DNA of 64,000 nucleotides. Source: Octopus vulgaris. Its lineage: Eukaryota. Position 1 is the stretch's first letter; each line of letters opens with the position of its first letter. Below, piece after piece: positions 11,371 to 25,149 of this stretch. The position numbers and the translations under genes were made by a program. The notes under the pieces are model-generated. The model was not told the origin of the DNA, did not search any database, and saw only the letters and a program-made list of their open reading frames with translations. The stretch is taken from contig OX597817.1 of NCBI GenBank assembly GCA_951406725.2, positions 155,682,001 through 155,746,000 on the forward strand, written 5' to 3'.

Positions 11371-12905
11371 TTGAAGTTTAGATCTTTGTCTGCTCTGACT
11401 GAGCAGGTTTATGCTCAAAGGCGCTCTATTTATAACAATTACGTCTGCATTTCTTATCTACTCAGTGTATGTATCTAGGGTACAGTATTCTTTGTCCTTG
11501 CCCTTTGTAAGTAAATAAAGTATGATTTGAGTGAGATTGGGTTATTATTCCTAGCATGTCGCGCAAAAGACAGACAGACGCTTCCTCGGTAATCTTTCAA
11601 CTGCGTAAAAACAAACTGATTGTTAACGGTCATTTTCCAAAAATAAATAAATTTAAAAAAATAACTGTCACGTGAAGAGCTATAATATTAAATTATTAAT
11701 CAAGAAAAAAAGTGAAAAAAAAAAAAATAAAAGGAATTGCATGTACATGAGTTATCTATGCACACAAATACTGAATGTCAAGTTACTACGTTTGTATTAT
11801 AATATTCCATTTTTTCCCTTCTTTCCTATCAGTGTGACCTTCTAATATCAACAATGAAATGACCTTTAACCCTCCTAACACAGTTGCCTAGCACTAAGTA
11901 GTCAACAGACTCAGCGGAGACCTCCCAGAGTGCTTCTATCGTAAGAAACAAACCAGATTAATTTTTTATTTACACACGTCTTTATCAGGAAACTTCAATC
12001 AATGTTGCCTACTAATTAACCCGAATAGAAAATCTGGCAGAAAATAAATAGATAAAATTATATATATATGTATATATACGCACAAAAAGAAAGAAAAAAA
12101 ACACTGAATGATTAACGAATAAAAAACTTTTAATTGAAACTTGTAGCAAGTTTTCAACTATTCAAGAAAGGTTTAAATAGGATATCAAAAAATAATAACA
12201 ACATTTATAATTTCATGAAATATATTTTTTTTAAATGTAGCTTGAAAACGAAATCTTAATTCTTGTATTTAATTGCTGAAGAAATAAATATAAAAAAAAT
12301 TATAAAAATAAATGCTTAATACAAAAACCAAGTAGCAAATGACTATCTGATTTAGTGAAATCCCTTCCTGTTCAAGATTTTGGCAAACTTCTTGTATAGA
12401 AAGAATCAATATATAATGGTGTACAATATAAAATACGAGACAGTTAAGCTATAAATGAAATACAATTATTTTGGTGGTAATGGAAGTGGCGGACGAGTAG
12501 TTAGGGACAGTTTCCTTGTTATATTTTATTTGCATTGCAAAAAAAAAAATATATGATGAATTTGTTCATTTACATATATATAGTCATTTATTTTTAATTT
12601 ATATCTACACACACGCGCACACACACATATACATATGTATATACACGCATACATATACATATATACATACACACATATACTTTTACATTCATACATACAT
12701 ACATACACACATATATATGTATGTATATATATGTGTGTATACACACACACACAAACACACATACAAACAAATACATATACATATGTATATATATATATGT
12801 ATATATATATATATACATACACACATATATATGTATGTATATATATGTGTGTATACACACACACACAAACACACATACAAACAAATACATATACATATGT
12901 ATATA

Positions 12906-12937
<32 letters not shown>

Positions 12938-13294
12938 CATACATATACATATATACATACACACATACATATACTTTTACATACATACACACATATATGC
13001 ATAAATCCTTAAAAATGTTTTAGCCCGAAGGCCGCGGCCATGCTGGGGCACCACCGCACGTATATATATATATATGTGTGTATACACACATGCACAAACA
13101 CATACACACAAACACACACACAAACACACACACACATGCACTCATACACACACACACACACACACACGTATACACTGTTTCTGAAAATAGCACAATCAGA
13201 ACACCATCATTTTCATCATTATTACCATTATTACCATGTCCTTCATCACCAGTTGTTACCAACACCACACAATTCGCCTCCTGCTCCTCCTCAC

Positions 13295-13338
<44 letters not shown>

Positions 13339-13656
13339 ACAGCAGCAGCATTATCATCCCAATTGACTTCATCAATATCTACATCATCAATACCTTCAGA
13401 ACAACCATTTACAGCTGCAGATAATAGTTAGTGTTGCTGCTTCTACTGTTGTTGTTGTTGTTGTTGCTGTTGTTCAGTTCTAGGTTAGCCCCATTTAAGC
13501 AGACCCATGATTAATCCTTTAGCATAATGTTTCCCAAACTATTTCCCCCCCAGGCCTCACTAAAACTTTCCTGAAAAATGTATGCCTCACCAGTAGTTGG
13601 AAAAAAAGGTATATGTGGTAGTAAGTTTGCTGTGAAAAAAAAAGATATTCACAATA

Positions 13657-13821
13657 GGCGCAGGAGTGGGTGTGTGGTAAGTAGCTTGCTAACCAACCAC
13701 ATGGTTCCAGGTTCAGTCCCACTGCGTGGCATCTTGGGCAAGTGTCTTCTGCTATAGCCCCAGGCCGACCAATGCCTTGTGAGTGGATTTGGTAGAAGGA
13801 AACTGAAAGAAGCCTGTCGTA

Positions 13822-13896
<75 letters not shown>

Positions 13897-14109
13897 TTGT
13901 GTGTCTGTGTTTGTCCCCCTAGCATTGCTTGACAACCGATGCTGGTGTGTTTACGTCCCCGTCACTTAGCGGTTCGGCAAAAAGAGACCGATAGAATAAG
14001 TACTGGGCTTACAAAGAATAAGTCCCAGGGTCGATTTGCTCGACTAAAGGCGGTGCTCCAGCATGGCCGCAATCAAATGACTGAAACAAGTAAAAGAGAG
14101 TAAAAGAGA
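13657..14109 (+). mobile_element. SINE-A full length
   Basis: B-box GGTTCAGTCCC, (GTAAAAGA)n tail. Confidence 0.9.
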
Positions 14110-14316
14110 ATTCCTTGTTCAACTAAAAACAGAAAAAGCAGAAAAAAATTTAGATCCTACACCCCACAACAGTCTTGTCAGGCATGTGCCCCACATTGAA
14201 AATCACCGGTCTAGGATTGAAACCAACTATATCCTGCCCAAACATGTTTTATGTTCAAACTACCCAGATCTGATCTCTCACACCTATCCTACAATGTCAT
14301 TCTAAAAATAAACAGA

Positions 14317-14478
14317 TGTAACTGTGTGGTAAGAAATTTGCTTTCCAACCACATGGTTCCAGGTTCAGTCCCACTGCATGGCACCTTGGGCAAGTATCTT
14401 CTACTCTAGCCTTAGGCCAACAAAAGCCTTGTGAGTGGATTTAGGAGATGGAAACTGAAAGAAACCCATTGCATATAT

Positions 14479-14529
<51 letters not shown>

Positions 14530-15405
14530 CCCAGGCCTATTCCCCATTTTTTTTAGCAGCAGGTAGCCACAACAAGACATACACTAAGCATTCCATTCAT
14601 TTCTCAGCTCAAAGAGGTGAGCCCTGTCCTATGCTTGGGTCAAAGCATAGAATGCAACCCCCAATATCAGCAGCGGGGCCTGACAGCATCATGCTGGTTT
14701 ACCCCTGCCGCATCATGCTGGTTCCGTACTCCTTTGAGCAACATCAAATTCACTCATCCAAGCTTTCCTATAATTTATAAACTCTTTTGCCTCTCTCATT
14801 CCATCACCTCTAGCCACCGGAGCTTTCCTCACTCCATCCATCCACACAAATCCATCCACACAAACCAAGATCTGCCTCTGGTTTTGCTGCCTACCACTTC
14901 TGCTTTTATTGCCCTCCTTACCAGCCGCCCTTCATCAATCCTCTCCATGTGGCCAAACCACATGTGGCCAAACTTCATCTACCCATTTTGGTTGTTAGTT
15001 TTTCTCTCATTCATGCTCGCCTTCACACCTCCTCATTCCTCATCCTGTCCATCCGTGTCACACCAACCAGAGCCCTCAAACATCTCATCTCAAATACATC
15101 TAGTTGCCTCCTTTCCACCTCTCTCAGCCTCCATGTCTCTACATCATATAACATGTATGTATGCATGTATACATCTACGTCTGTGTGTCTTGGTGTCTCT
15201 GTTTGTCCCCCACCACAACTGGTACTTGTGTTTTTATATCCCTGTAATTTAATGGTTCAGCAAAATAGACCAACAGAGCAAGTACTAGGCTTAGAAAGAA
15301 AGAAAGTCCTAAGTTCGATTTGTTTGACTAAAATCCCTCAAGGTGGTACCACAGCATGGCCGTAGTCAAATGACTGTAACAGGCAAAACATAAAAGATAA
15401 AAGAA
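14317..15405 (+). mobile_element. SINE-A split at its internal microsatellite (14317-14480, 15180-15405)
   Basis: Colinear halves around an RTE insert. Confidence 0.75.
14530..15140 (-). mobile_element. RTE-clade LINE C-terminal fragment (second family) plus probable 3'UTR
   Basis: LDVFEMRCLRALVGVTRMDRMRNEEV..WFGHMERIDEGRLVRR. Confidence 0.8.
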
Positions 15406-15466
15406 CCACATTGTTAAAATCTCAAGCCTACAAGAAAATGCATAATTAAAACAATATGAATATATA

Positions 15467-15866
15467 GACGCAGGAGTGGCTGTGTGGTAAGTAGCTTGCT
15501 AACCAACCACATGGTTCTGTGTTCAGTCCCACTGCATGGCATCTTGTGCAAGTGCCATCTGCTATAGCCCCGGGCCGACCAATGCCTTGTTAGTGGATTT
15601 AGTAGACGGAAACTGAAAGAAGCCTGTCGTATATATGTATATATATGTGTATGTATGTGTGTGTTTGTGTGTCTGTGTTTGTCCCCCTAGCATTGCTTGA
15701 CAACCGATGCTGGTGTGTTTACGTCTCCGTCACTTAGCGGTTCGGGAAAAGAGACCGATAGAATAAGTACTGGGCTTACAAAAGAATAAGTCCCGGGGGT
15801 CGATTTGCTCGACTAAAGGCGGTGCTCCAGCATGGCCACAGTCAAATGACTGAAACAAGTAAAAAG
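15467..15866 (+). mobile_element. SINE-A full length
   Basis: Matches other copies. Confidence 0.9.
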
Positions 15867-16298
15867 AAAAACAAAAAGAAAAAAAAGATATAAAGCATTT
15901 CATTTGACAGAGAAATCTGAGCCCTAAAGAGTTAAAATATTCCAGCTGTCTCCATCTCACTTTATTTCCAGACATAAGAAATGTAAAATGATATTATTCA
16001 ATACTATTTCCCAGTTTTAATTTAAACTGACAATAAGATATATATTTCAGGGAGATTTGGCTGATATTTCTAGTAGGTCAAGTGACCACATAGAGATTCC
16101 CCTGTTGGGTCATAGAAGCACAAGTTGTTTGGGATTGGTTCTGAGGGACATGACATTGGATTTGCTCTGCGACTGAAAACAGTAAATAAGGAGTGCATCC
16201 TGCCATTGAAGTCCTACATTGAAGCATAATAAAATACATAGCACAGCTTTGAGAGGAATGGGAAAAATACTATATTGCTCATTAAACCAAAGCCAAAC

Positions 16299-16358
<60 letters not shown>

Positions 16359-17125
16359 ATGTGTGTGTTTATGTGTGCATGTGCACATGTGTGTGTCTGT
16401 CTGAGTCAATATATTTGTGACTAAGTGTGTGTGTATTTGCATGAATGCATATGTGTCTGAGTGAATGAGTGTATGAGTGAATGTGTATATGTGTGAGTGT
16501 GTGTGTGTGTGTGTGTGAGAGAGAGAAAGTGTGATAACGAGAGAGAGAGAGAAAGAGCGAGAGAGAGAGTCAATATATATGTAACTGGCTAAACATGTAT
16601 GTATGAATGAGTGAATGTATGTGTACGGGTGAGTGTGTATACGTATATGCGTATGCGTGTGTGTGAGTCAATATAATGTGACTGGCCAAGTGTATACGAG
16701 TTTGAGTGAAAGCGTGCATGTGTATGTGTGTGTGTGTGTGTGTGTCAGATTGAATGTGAGTATGAATGTGTAAGTGTATGTGCGTATGTCCAAGTGTGTG
16801 TCTGAGTGTATGCGTTTGTATGTGTGTGTAAACACATAGTCTCTTTGTGTGTGTATGTGTGCATGTGTGTGTATATATCTGGGTGTTTGCATGCCCATGT
16901 GTTTGTTGCTACTGCTATATACACTAACATCCTAGACCACTACTAAAGGAAGGCCATCTGACTGATTAGTAAAGACACTCAGCATTATACTACAACTACT
17001 GACTAAGCTCTCAGATACAATGTCTCTTCTCTCTTCCTCGACTACTGCTACTGTAATGGCCTCTGCCCCTCTGAATCAGCTTCACACAATTCCATTCACA
17101 CAATTCCTACTTTGTTATCTCTCCT

Positions 17126-17320
17126 CTTTTACTCTTTTACTTGTTTCAGTCATTTGACTGTGGCCATGCTGGAGCACCGCCTTTAGTCGAGCAAATCGAC
17201 CCCCGGGACTTATTCTTTTGTAAGCTCAGTACTTATTCTATCGGTCTCTTTTGCCGAACTGCTAAGTGACGGGGACGTCAACACACCAGCATCGGTTGTC
17301 AAGCAATGCTAGGGGCACAA

Positions 17321-17371
<51 letters not shown>

Positions 17372-17532
17372 TACGACGGGCTTCTTTCAGTTTCCGTCTA
17401 CCAAATCCACTCACAAGGCATTGGTCGGCCCGGGGCTATAGCAGAAGGCACTTGCCTAAGATGCCACGCAATGGGACTGAACCCGGAACCATGTGGTTGG
17501 TAAGCAAGCTACTTACCACACAGCTACTCCTC
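17126..17532 (-). mobile_element. SINE-A full length
   Basis: Matches other copies. Confidence 0.9.
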
Positions 17533-17765
17533 CTCATCTTTCCATATCAGCCCTTCTCCTAAGCACTTTTTTTCTTTTCACAGTCATTCCTTCCTAAAGC
17601 TGTTGTCCCCTACAAATCCGTATTCTAAATACATCTTTCCTGTAGAGATTAATATAATGTGTTGGTGTATCTAAGGCGACATGGTTAGAGTAAGTATGGT
17701 AAGAAAACAGGATGATGCCTTTAGTTAGGGAACATAGTAAACAAGATTTAAAAAAATAAAATTAA

Positions 17766-18085
17766 ATGTGACTGTGTGGTAAGAAGCTTGCCAGGTTCAG
17801 TCCCACTTAGTGGCAACTTGGGCTACATAGCCTGAGGCCAACAAAAGCCTTGTGAGTGGTTTTGGTTGACAGGATCTGAAAGAAGCTCATCATGTGTGTG
17901 TGTGTGTGACAAAAGAGACTGATAGATTAAGTACTATCAGTACTTACAAAAAATAAGTCTCAAAAATAAGGCTTACAAAAAATAAGTCTCCAGGGTTGAT
18001 TTCCTTGACTAAAAAACCCTTTAGGTGGTGCTTCAGCATGGCCACAGTCAAGTGACTGAAACAAGAAGAAGAATAAAAGAATAAA
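17766..18085 (+). mobile_element. SINE-A, degenerate
   Basis: Head and tail similarity with deletions. Confidence 0.75.
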
Positions 18086-18895
18086 ATAAACTAAAAATAG
18101 AAGGAAATAAAATAAAGACAATAAAGCAAAGTAAAGTACAAAAAGGAATAAAGAGGTAATTTTCTATGACAGGTTTACAGATATAAAAATAGATACATAG
18201 ATAACATCAACATTGATTTCACCAGTCTGCAGGGGGCATTTTAAGTTGATAGGTAGAGCCCTTCTCCTCTGTGACTAATGAATTTCTTTCTTCTTGCCCT
18301 ACTGATGTACTCTGCCCCTCTAATTATCAGCTTCACACCACTCCATTCCTATCTGTTTCTCATATCTCCCAGCAAGCCCTTCTACAAACCCCTTTTTTTT
18401 TAATAGACATTCCTTCCTAAAGCTGCTGTCATCACTTATAGAGATTAATCTATAAATATAGATAATTACCCTGAGTGTCACCCTGTATCATTATCGATAT
18501 TCATCTTATCAGTCTGTAGGAGGCATTCAAAGCTGAGGGGGTACTGTTCCTGATACCATTTCTTCTGAGACCATTCCCCGCTTCTATGATACAAACTTCC
18601 TGTTTTAAAGTAATCTAAAACAAAATTCATGTTAATTTATGTTCTAAACATCAGTTTAGCAATGACACATTTTATTAAATTCTTCCCTAAATTCTTCCTT
18701 AAATTGATTATTTTAAAAATTGATTTAAAAAAAATTGGGCATGGTTGCGTAGTGAGAAATTTACTTGCAAACAACCAAATGGTTCCAGCTTCAGTCCCAC
18801 TGCAAGGCACTTCGGTAAAATGTCTTCTACTATAGCCACAGGCTGACCATTTGTGAGTTGGATTTGGTAAATGGAAACTGCCAGAAGTATGTTAT

Positions 18896-18950
<55 letters not shown>

Positions 18951-19134
18951 TTAAAGAAGGAGCTAAGGAGTTGTATTGATACTGTATGTAGAAGCTCCTT
19001 CTATATAATAAATTAATTTTACTCTGCTGGAAATATAACCCCGAATCAACCCGGGACCTGAAAGTTGTAAGATACCGCACAAGTGGAAATATGAAAATGC
19101 AATTTTAAAGATAAAATTGCATTTTCAAATCTTC

Positions 19135-19175
<41 letters not shown>

Positions 19176-19274
19176 AAATTAAGTATACAACTGAAAGAGC
19201 TACTAATAGTTTAATGCTTTTATGATACTTGAATAGGAATATTTATAAAATACACCATGTATATTAAAGCAATT

Positions 19275-19474
19275 TGTGTGTGTATGTATGTATGTATGTA
19301 TGTATGTATGTATGTATGTATGTGTGTATGTATGTATGTATGTATGTATGTATGTATGTATGTATGTATGTATGTATGTATGTATGTATGTATGTATGTA
19401 TGTATGTATGTATGTATGTATGTATGTGTTTGTATGTATGTTTGTATGTATGTGTGTATGTATGTATGTATGTA

Positions 19475-19505
<31 letters not shown>

Positions 19506-19736
19506 ATGTATGTATGTGTGTATGTATGTATGTGTGTGTGTATGTATGTATGTGTGTATGTATGTATGTATGTATGTATGTATGTATGTATGTATGTATG
19601 TATGTATGTGTGTATGTATGTATGTGTGTGTATGTATGTATGTATGTGTGTATGTATGTATGTTTATGTATGTATGTATGTTTGTATGTGTGTATGTATG
19701 TGTGTATGTATGTATGTATGTATGTGTGTATGTATG

Positions 19737-19770
<34 letters not shown>

Positions 19771-19785
19771 TGTATGTATGTGTGC
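19275..19785. repeat. (TATG)n microsatellite inside a split SINE-A (18738-18895, 19855-20065)
   Basis: Direct inspection. Confidence 0.9.
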
Positions 19786-20122
19786 ATATATATATAATGT
19801 GTGTGTGTGTGTGTGTGTATATATATGTATGTGTGTGTGAATGAGTGTGTATGTCTTTGTATTTGTGTTGTGTTTGCCCTCCCCCCCATCACATGAAAAC
19901 CACTACTTTTTATTAACATCCCCATAACTTAGCAGATCAACAGAAAAAAAAAAAGACTTAAAATAAGTACTGGGGTATACGATCTGTTGAAACTAAGCCC
20001 TTCAAAAGCAGTGCCCCCAGCATGGCTGCAGTCTGGTGACTGAACCAAGTTAAAAATAAAAGATGCTAAAGGCAACAGAAGTATAGTAACAAAAGGGTTA
20101 AAAAAACAAAAAAAAGATGACA

Positions 20123-20570
20123 GGCGCAGGAGTGGCTGTGTGGTAAGTAGCTTGCTAACCAACCACATGGTTCCGGGTTCAGTCCCACTGCATGGCATCT
20201 TGGGCAAGTGTCTTCTGCTATAGCCCTGGGCCGACCAATGCCTTGTTAGTGGATTTGGTAGACGGAAACTGAAAGAAGCCTGTCGTATATATGTATATAT
20301 ATATATGTATGTGTGTGTGTGTGTGTTTGTGAGTCTGTGTTTGTCAACCGTGTTTGTCAAGCATAAAAACACCATCCGTGTCAACTGTGTTTGTCAAGCA
20401 TTGCTTGACAACCGATGCTGTGTTTACGTCCCCATCACTTAGCGGTTTGGCAAAAGAGACCGATAGAATAAGTACTGGGCTTACAAAGAATAAGTCCCGG
20501 GGTCGATTTGCTCAACTAAAGGCGGTGCTCCAGCATGGCCGCAGTCAAATAACTGAAACAAGTAAAAGAG
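20123..20570 (+). mobile_element. SINE-A full length with internal rearrangement
   Basis: Matches other copies. Confidence 0.9.
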
Positions 20571-20587
20571 TGCAAATAATTCCCCCC

Positions 20588-22041
20588 CCCCTTTCGTTAC
20601 TGTATTCATTTTGAGATGCTCTGTGTAAATATAACAAAGAATTTAGTAAAATAACTTAGTTATCATTCAGCTACTGCATAAATTGTGACTAAGGTTTGGT
20701 GGTATATTTTAATGAAGGCTTTGCCTTTCATCCTTTCGGGGTCGGTCGATAGTTTAAGTACCAGTTTCGCACTGGTGTCAATGTAATCGACTTAATACCT
20801 TTGTCTGTCCTTGTTTGTCCCCTCTATGTTTTAGCCCCCTGTGGGTAATAAAGAAATAGGTATATTTTAATGAAAAATGCTCTGTGTTTCTTTCAGTTAA
20901 TTGTAAATATAACAAAGAATTTAGTAAAATAACTTAGTTATCATTCAGCTACTGCTAGGATCATAAATTGTGACTAAGGTTTGGTGGTATATTTTAATGA
21001 AGGCTTTGCCTTTCATCCTTTCGGGGTCGGTCGATAATTTAAGTACCAGTTTCGCACTGGTGTCAATGTAATCGACTTAATACCTTTGTGTCTGTCCTTG
21101 TTTGTCCCCTCTATGTTTTAGCCCCCTGTGGGTAATAAAGAAATAGGTATATTTTAATGAAAAATGCTCTGTGTTTCTTTCAGTTAATTGTAAATATAAC
21201 AAAGAATTTAGTAAAATAACTTAGTTATCATTCAGCTACTGCTAGGATCATAAATTGTGACTAAGGTTTGGTGGTATATTTTAATGAAGGCTTTGCCTTT
21301 CATCCTTTCGGGGTCGGTCGATAATTTAAGTACCAGTTTCGCACTGGTGTCAATGTAATCGACTTAATACCTTTGTCTGTCCTTGTTTGTCCCCTCTATG
21401 TTTTAGCCCCCTGTGGGTAATAAAGAAATAGGTATATTTTAATGAAAAATGCTCTGTGTTTCTTTCAGTTAATTGTAAATATAACAAAGAATTTAGTAAA
21501 ATAACTTAGTTATCATTCAGCTACTGCTAGGATCATAAATTGTGACTAAGGTTTGGTGGTATATTTTAATGAAGGCTTTGCCTTTCATCCTTTCGGGGTC
21601 GATAAATTAAATACCAGTTTCGCACTGGGATCAATGTAATCGACTTAATACCTTTGTCTGTTCTTGTTTGTCCCCCTCTGTGTTTAGCTCCTTGTGGGTA
21701 ATAAAGAAATAGGTATATTTTAATGAAAAACTTATGAAAACAAGACATTTATACTACATTCAGCTAGGATCATAAATTGTGACTAAGGTTTGGTGGTATA
21801 TTTTAATGAAGGCTTTGCCTTTCATCCTTTCGGGGTCAGTCGATAAATTAAGTACCAGTTTCGCACTGGGGTCAATGTAATCGACTTAATACCTTTGTCT
21901 GTCCTTGTTTGTCCCCTCTATGTTTAGCCCCCTGAGGGTAATAAAGAAATAGGTGTATTTTAATGAGAAACTTATGAAAACAAGACATTTATACTACAGA
22001 GCCAGAGCCGGTTTTGGGCCGGGTTAGTATCAAAAGGGTTA
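20588..22041 (+). repeat. Tandem array (~285-bp unit, 5 SINE-B1 3' halves) inside a TTAA MITE
   Basis: Units start ~20617, 20877, 21164, 21449 and a partial one at ~21760; ends AAGGGTTAA. Confidence 0.9.
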
Positions 22042-22589
22042 AGGCTGCTATTACTGCTGCTTGTTATCTTCTTTATGTAAGTCTAGACTTCTGTAGTGGG
22101 AGGCTTACAGCTTAGACAGCTGATGATAGCTCTTTCAGGACGACTGTCTGTAGTGGGAGGCTTACAGCTTAGACAGCTGATAATAGCTCTTTCATAGATG
22201 TGCTTCCGGCAAATTGCCTGTTTTTATTTAACCCCAGGTCAGCCATAATTCAGGAGGTCAATGATCAAAGGTATCCTAGTCATGGTCATCTGATTTCAAT
22301 CAGGTATTATATTGTCCATCACCATCTTCATCGTCCATTGATTATCGTTGTTGTAGTGGTAACCTCCATCATGATCATCATCGTTTTTAGTCGTCGTCTG
22401 TCCCTCTCCTCCCACCATCATCATCATCACCATCTTCATCATCGTCATCGTCATCACCAGCGTCAGCACAAAACTTGTCGCAATTGTTACCGACATCACA
22501 CATTCGTTGCTGTTTTTGCATTATAATCATTATCATCACCACCATCATCTTCTCGTTATCACGGTCAATGTTGTTATTGTCATCATCAT

Positions 22590-22885
22590 CATCATTACTA
22601 TCACAACCACCGTCATCATCGACTTCATTGACATTATCACCACCCTCTTCCACCTTCTCTTCCTCCTCCTCCTCCTCATCATCATCATCATCAATACTAT
22701 CACTACCGCCATCATCATCGCCTTCATTGACTTTATCATCACCCTCTTCCACCACCTCCTCCTCCTCCTCCTCCTCCTCCTCCTCATCATCATCATCATT
22801 ACTATCACCACCACCATCATCGTCGACTTCATTGACATCATCACCCTCTTCCACCACCTCCTCCTCCTCCTCCTCCTCCTCCTCC

Positions 22886-22916
<31 letters not shown>

Positions 22917-23690
22917 TACTATCACCACCACCATCATCATCAACTTCATTGACATTATCATCACCCTCTTCCACCACCTCCTCCTCATCATCATCATCAT
23001 CATCCTCATCATCATCATTACTATCACCACCACCACCATCGTCGACTTCATTGACATCATCACCCTCTTCCACCTCCTCCTCCTCCTCATCATCATCATC
23101 ATTACTATCACCACCACCATCATCGTCGACTTCATTGACATCATCACCCTCTTCCACCTCCTCCTCCTCCTCATCATCATCATCATTACTATCACCACCA
23201 CCATCATCGTCGACTTCATTGACATCATCACCCTCTTCCACCTCCTCCTCCTCCTCATCATCATCATCATTACTATCACCACCACCATCATCGTCGACTT
23301 CATTGACATCATCACCCTCTTCCACCTCCTCCTCCTCCTCCTCATCATCATCATTACTATCACCACCACCATCATCGTCGACTTCATTGACATCATCACC
23401 CTCTTCCACCACCTCCTCCTCCTCCTCATCATCATCATCATCCTCATCATCATCATTACTATCACCACCACCACCATCATCGTCGACTTCATTGACATCA
23501 TCACCCTCTTCCACCTCCTCCTCCTCAGCATCATCATCATCATTACTATCACCACCACCATCATCGTCGACTTCATTGACATCATCACCCTCTTCCACCA
23601 CCTCCTCCTCCTCCTCATCATCATCATCATCCTCATCATCATCATTACTATCACCACCACCATCATCATCATCGACTTCATTGACATTAT
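22590..23690. repeat. Triplet-built minisatellite, 12 units of 84-117 bp
   Basis: Anchors TACTATCAC and CTTCATTGAC recur; open in several frames. Confidence 0.9.
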
Positions 23691-23709
23691 CTTCACTCTC
23701 AGCACTAAC

Positions 23710-23795
23710 TCTGCTTCCAGGGATATTTTTGGCTGCTATCTTTTTAGCCAGTTCAGTTATCATGGAGAGAGATTCCCAAAACGAGGAATTCACTC
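23710..23795 (-). other. Candidate coding exon (xVNSSFWESLSMITELAKKIAAKNIPGSR)
   Basis: Unique island bounded by CAG and GTTAGT; one open frame; weak acceptor. Confidence 0.3.
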
Positions 23796-23806
23796 CTGTT
23801 ATTTTA

Positions 23807-24390
23807 GATGATGATAATGATGATGAGGATGCCAATGATGAGGATGACTACGAAGATGGTGGTGGTGGTGGTGGTGGTGATGATGGTGGTGGTGGTGGTG
23901 GTTGTGTGGTGGTGGTGGTGGTGGTGGTGGTGGTGGTGATGGTGGTGGTGGTGGTGGTGATGATGGTGGTGGTGGTGGTGATGATGATGGTGGTGGTGAT
24001 GATGATGGTGGTGGTGGTGATGATGATGGTGGTGGTGGTGGTGGTGATGATGGTGGTGGTGGTGGTGATGATGATGGTAGTGGTTGTAGTGGTGGTGGTG
24101 GTGGTGGTGGTGGTGATGATGATGATGGTGGTGGTGGTGGTTGTAGTGGTGGTGGTGGTGGTGGTGGTGATGATGATGGTAGTGGTTGTAGTGGTGGTGG
24201 TGGTGGTGGTGGTGGGGATGGTGTTAATGATGGTGGTGATGTTGACAATGTTGATGATGTTGAGTATAGAGATAGTGGTGAATATGATCCTGGCGATGCT
24301 GTTGATGATGATGATGAGGAGGAGGAGGAAGTAGAAGTGGAGAAGAGGCGGAGTATAGAGATGGTAGTTGTAGGGTTTTGGCAGTAGTTG
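23807..24390. repeat. (GGT/GAT)n low-complexity tract
   Basis: Direct inspection. Confidence 0.9.
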
Positions 24391-24468
24391 TGATGTAGGT
24401 GGCAGTGGCTGTGTAGCTGTTGATAAAGTGCTTCTCTGGGTTTACAGCAAACTCACAAGACAATAGTG

Positions 24469-24618
<150 letters not shown>

Positions 24619-24711
24619 GTGCTGTGCACTACGTCACAGGTATTGTACAACATATGTATTAGCTGTACATAACACTGCCTATATATTGTACTACATAGCT
24701 GTGTACTGCAG

Positions 24712-24746
<35 letters not shown>

Positions 24747-24749
<3 letters not shown>

Positions 24750-25149
24750 TCTTTTACTCTTTTACTTGTTTCAATCATTTGACTGTGGCCATGCTGGAAC
24801 ACCACCTTTAGTCGAGCAATTCGACCCCAGTACTTATTCTTTGTAAGTAAGCCTAATACTTATTCTATCGGTCTCTTTTGCCGAACCGCTAAGTTACGGG
24901 GATGTAAACACACCAGCATTGGCTTTCAAGCGATGTTGGGGGGACAAACACAGACACACAAACATACACACACATATATATACATATATACAACGGACTT
25001 CTTTCAGTTCCCATCAACCAAATCCACTGACATGGCTTTGGTTGGCCCGAGGCTATAGTAGAAGACACTTGCCCAAAGTGCTATGCAGTGGGACTGAACC
25101 CGGAAGCATGTGGTTGGTAAGCAAGCTACTTACCACATAGCTACTCCTT
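24747..25149 (-). mobile_element. SINE-A full length
   Basis: Matches other copies. Confidence 0.9.

Noticed and set aside
11832-11940. Plus-strand exon with a strong acceptor and GTAAGA donor
   Set aside because: Stops in all three frames; a non-coding exon cannot be supported from sequence alone.
17266-17562. Recurrent ORFs such as RASFSFRLPNPLTR
   Set aside because: Antisense translations of SINE-A.
22387-24334. 482-aa and 619-aa ORFs as genes
   Set aside because: Triplet repeats are open in several frames on both strands, so ORF length is uninformative.
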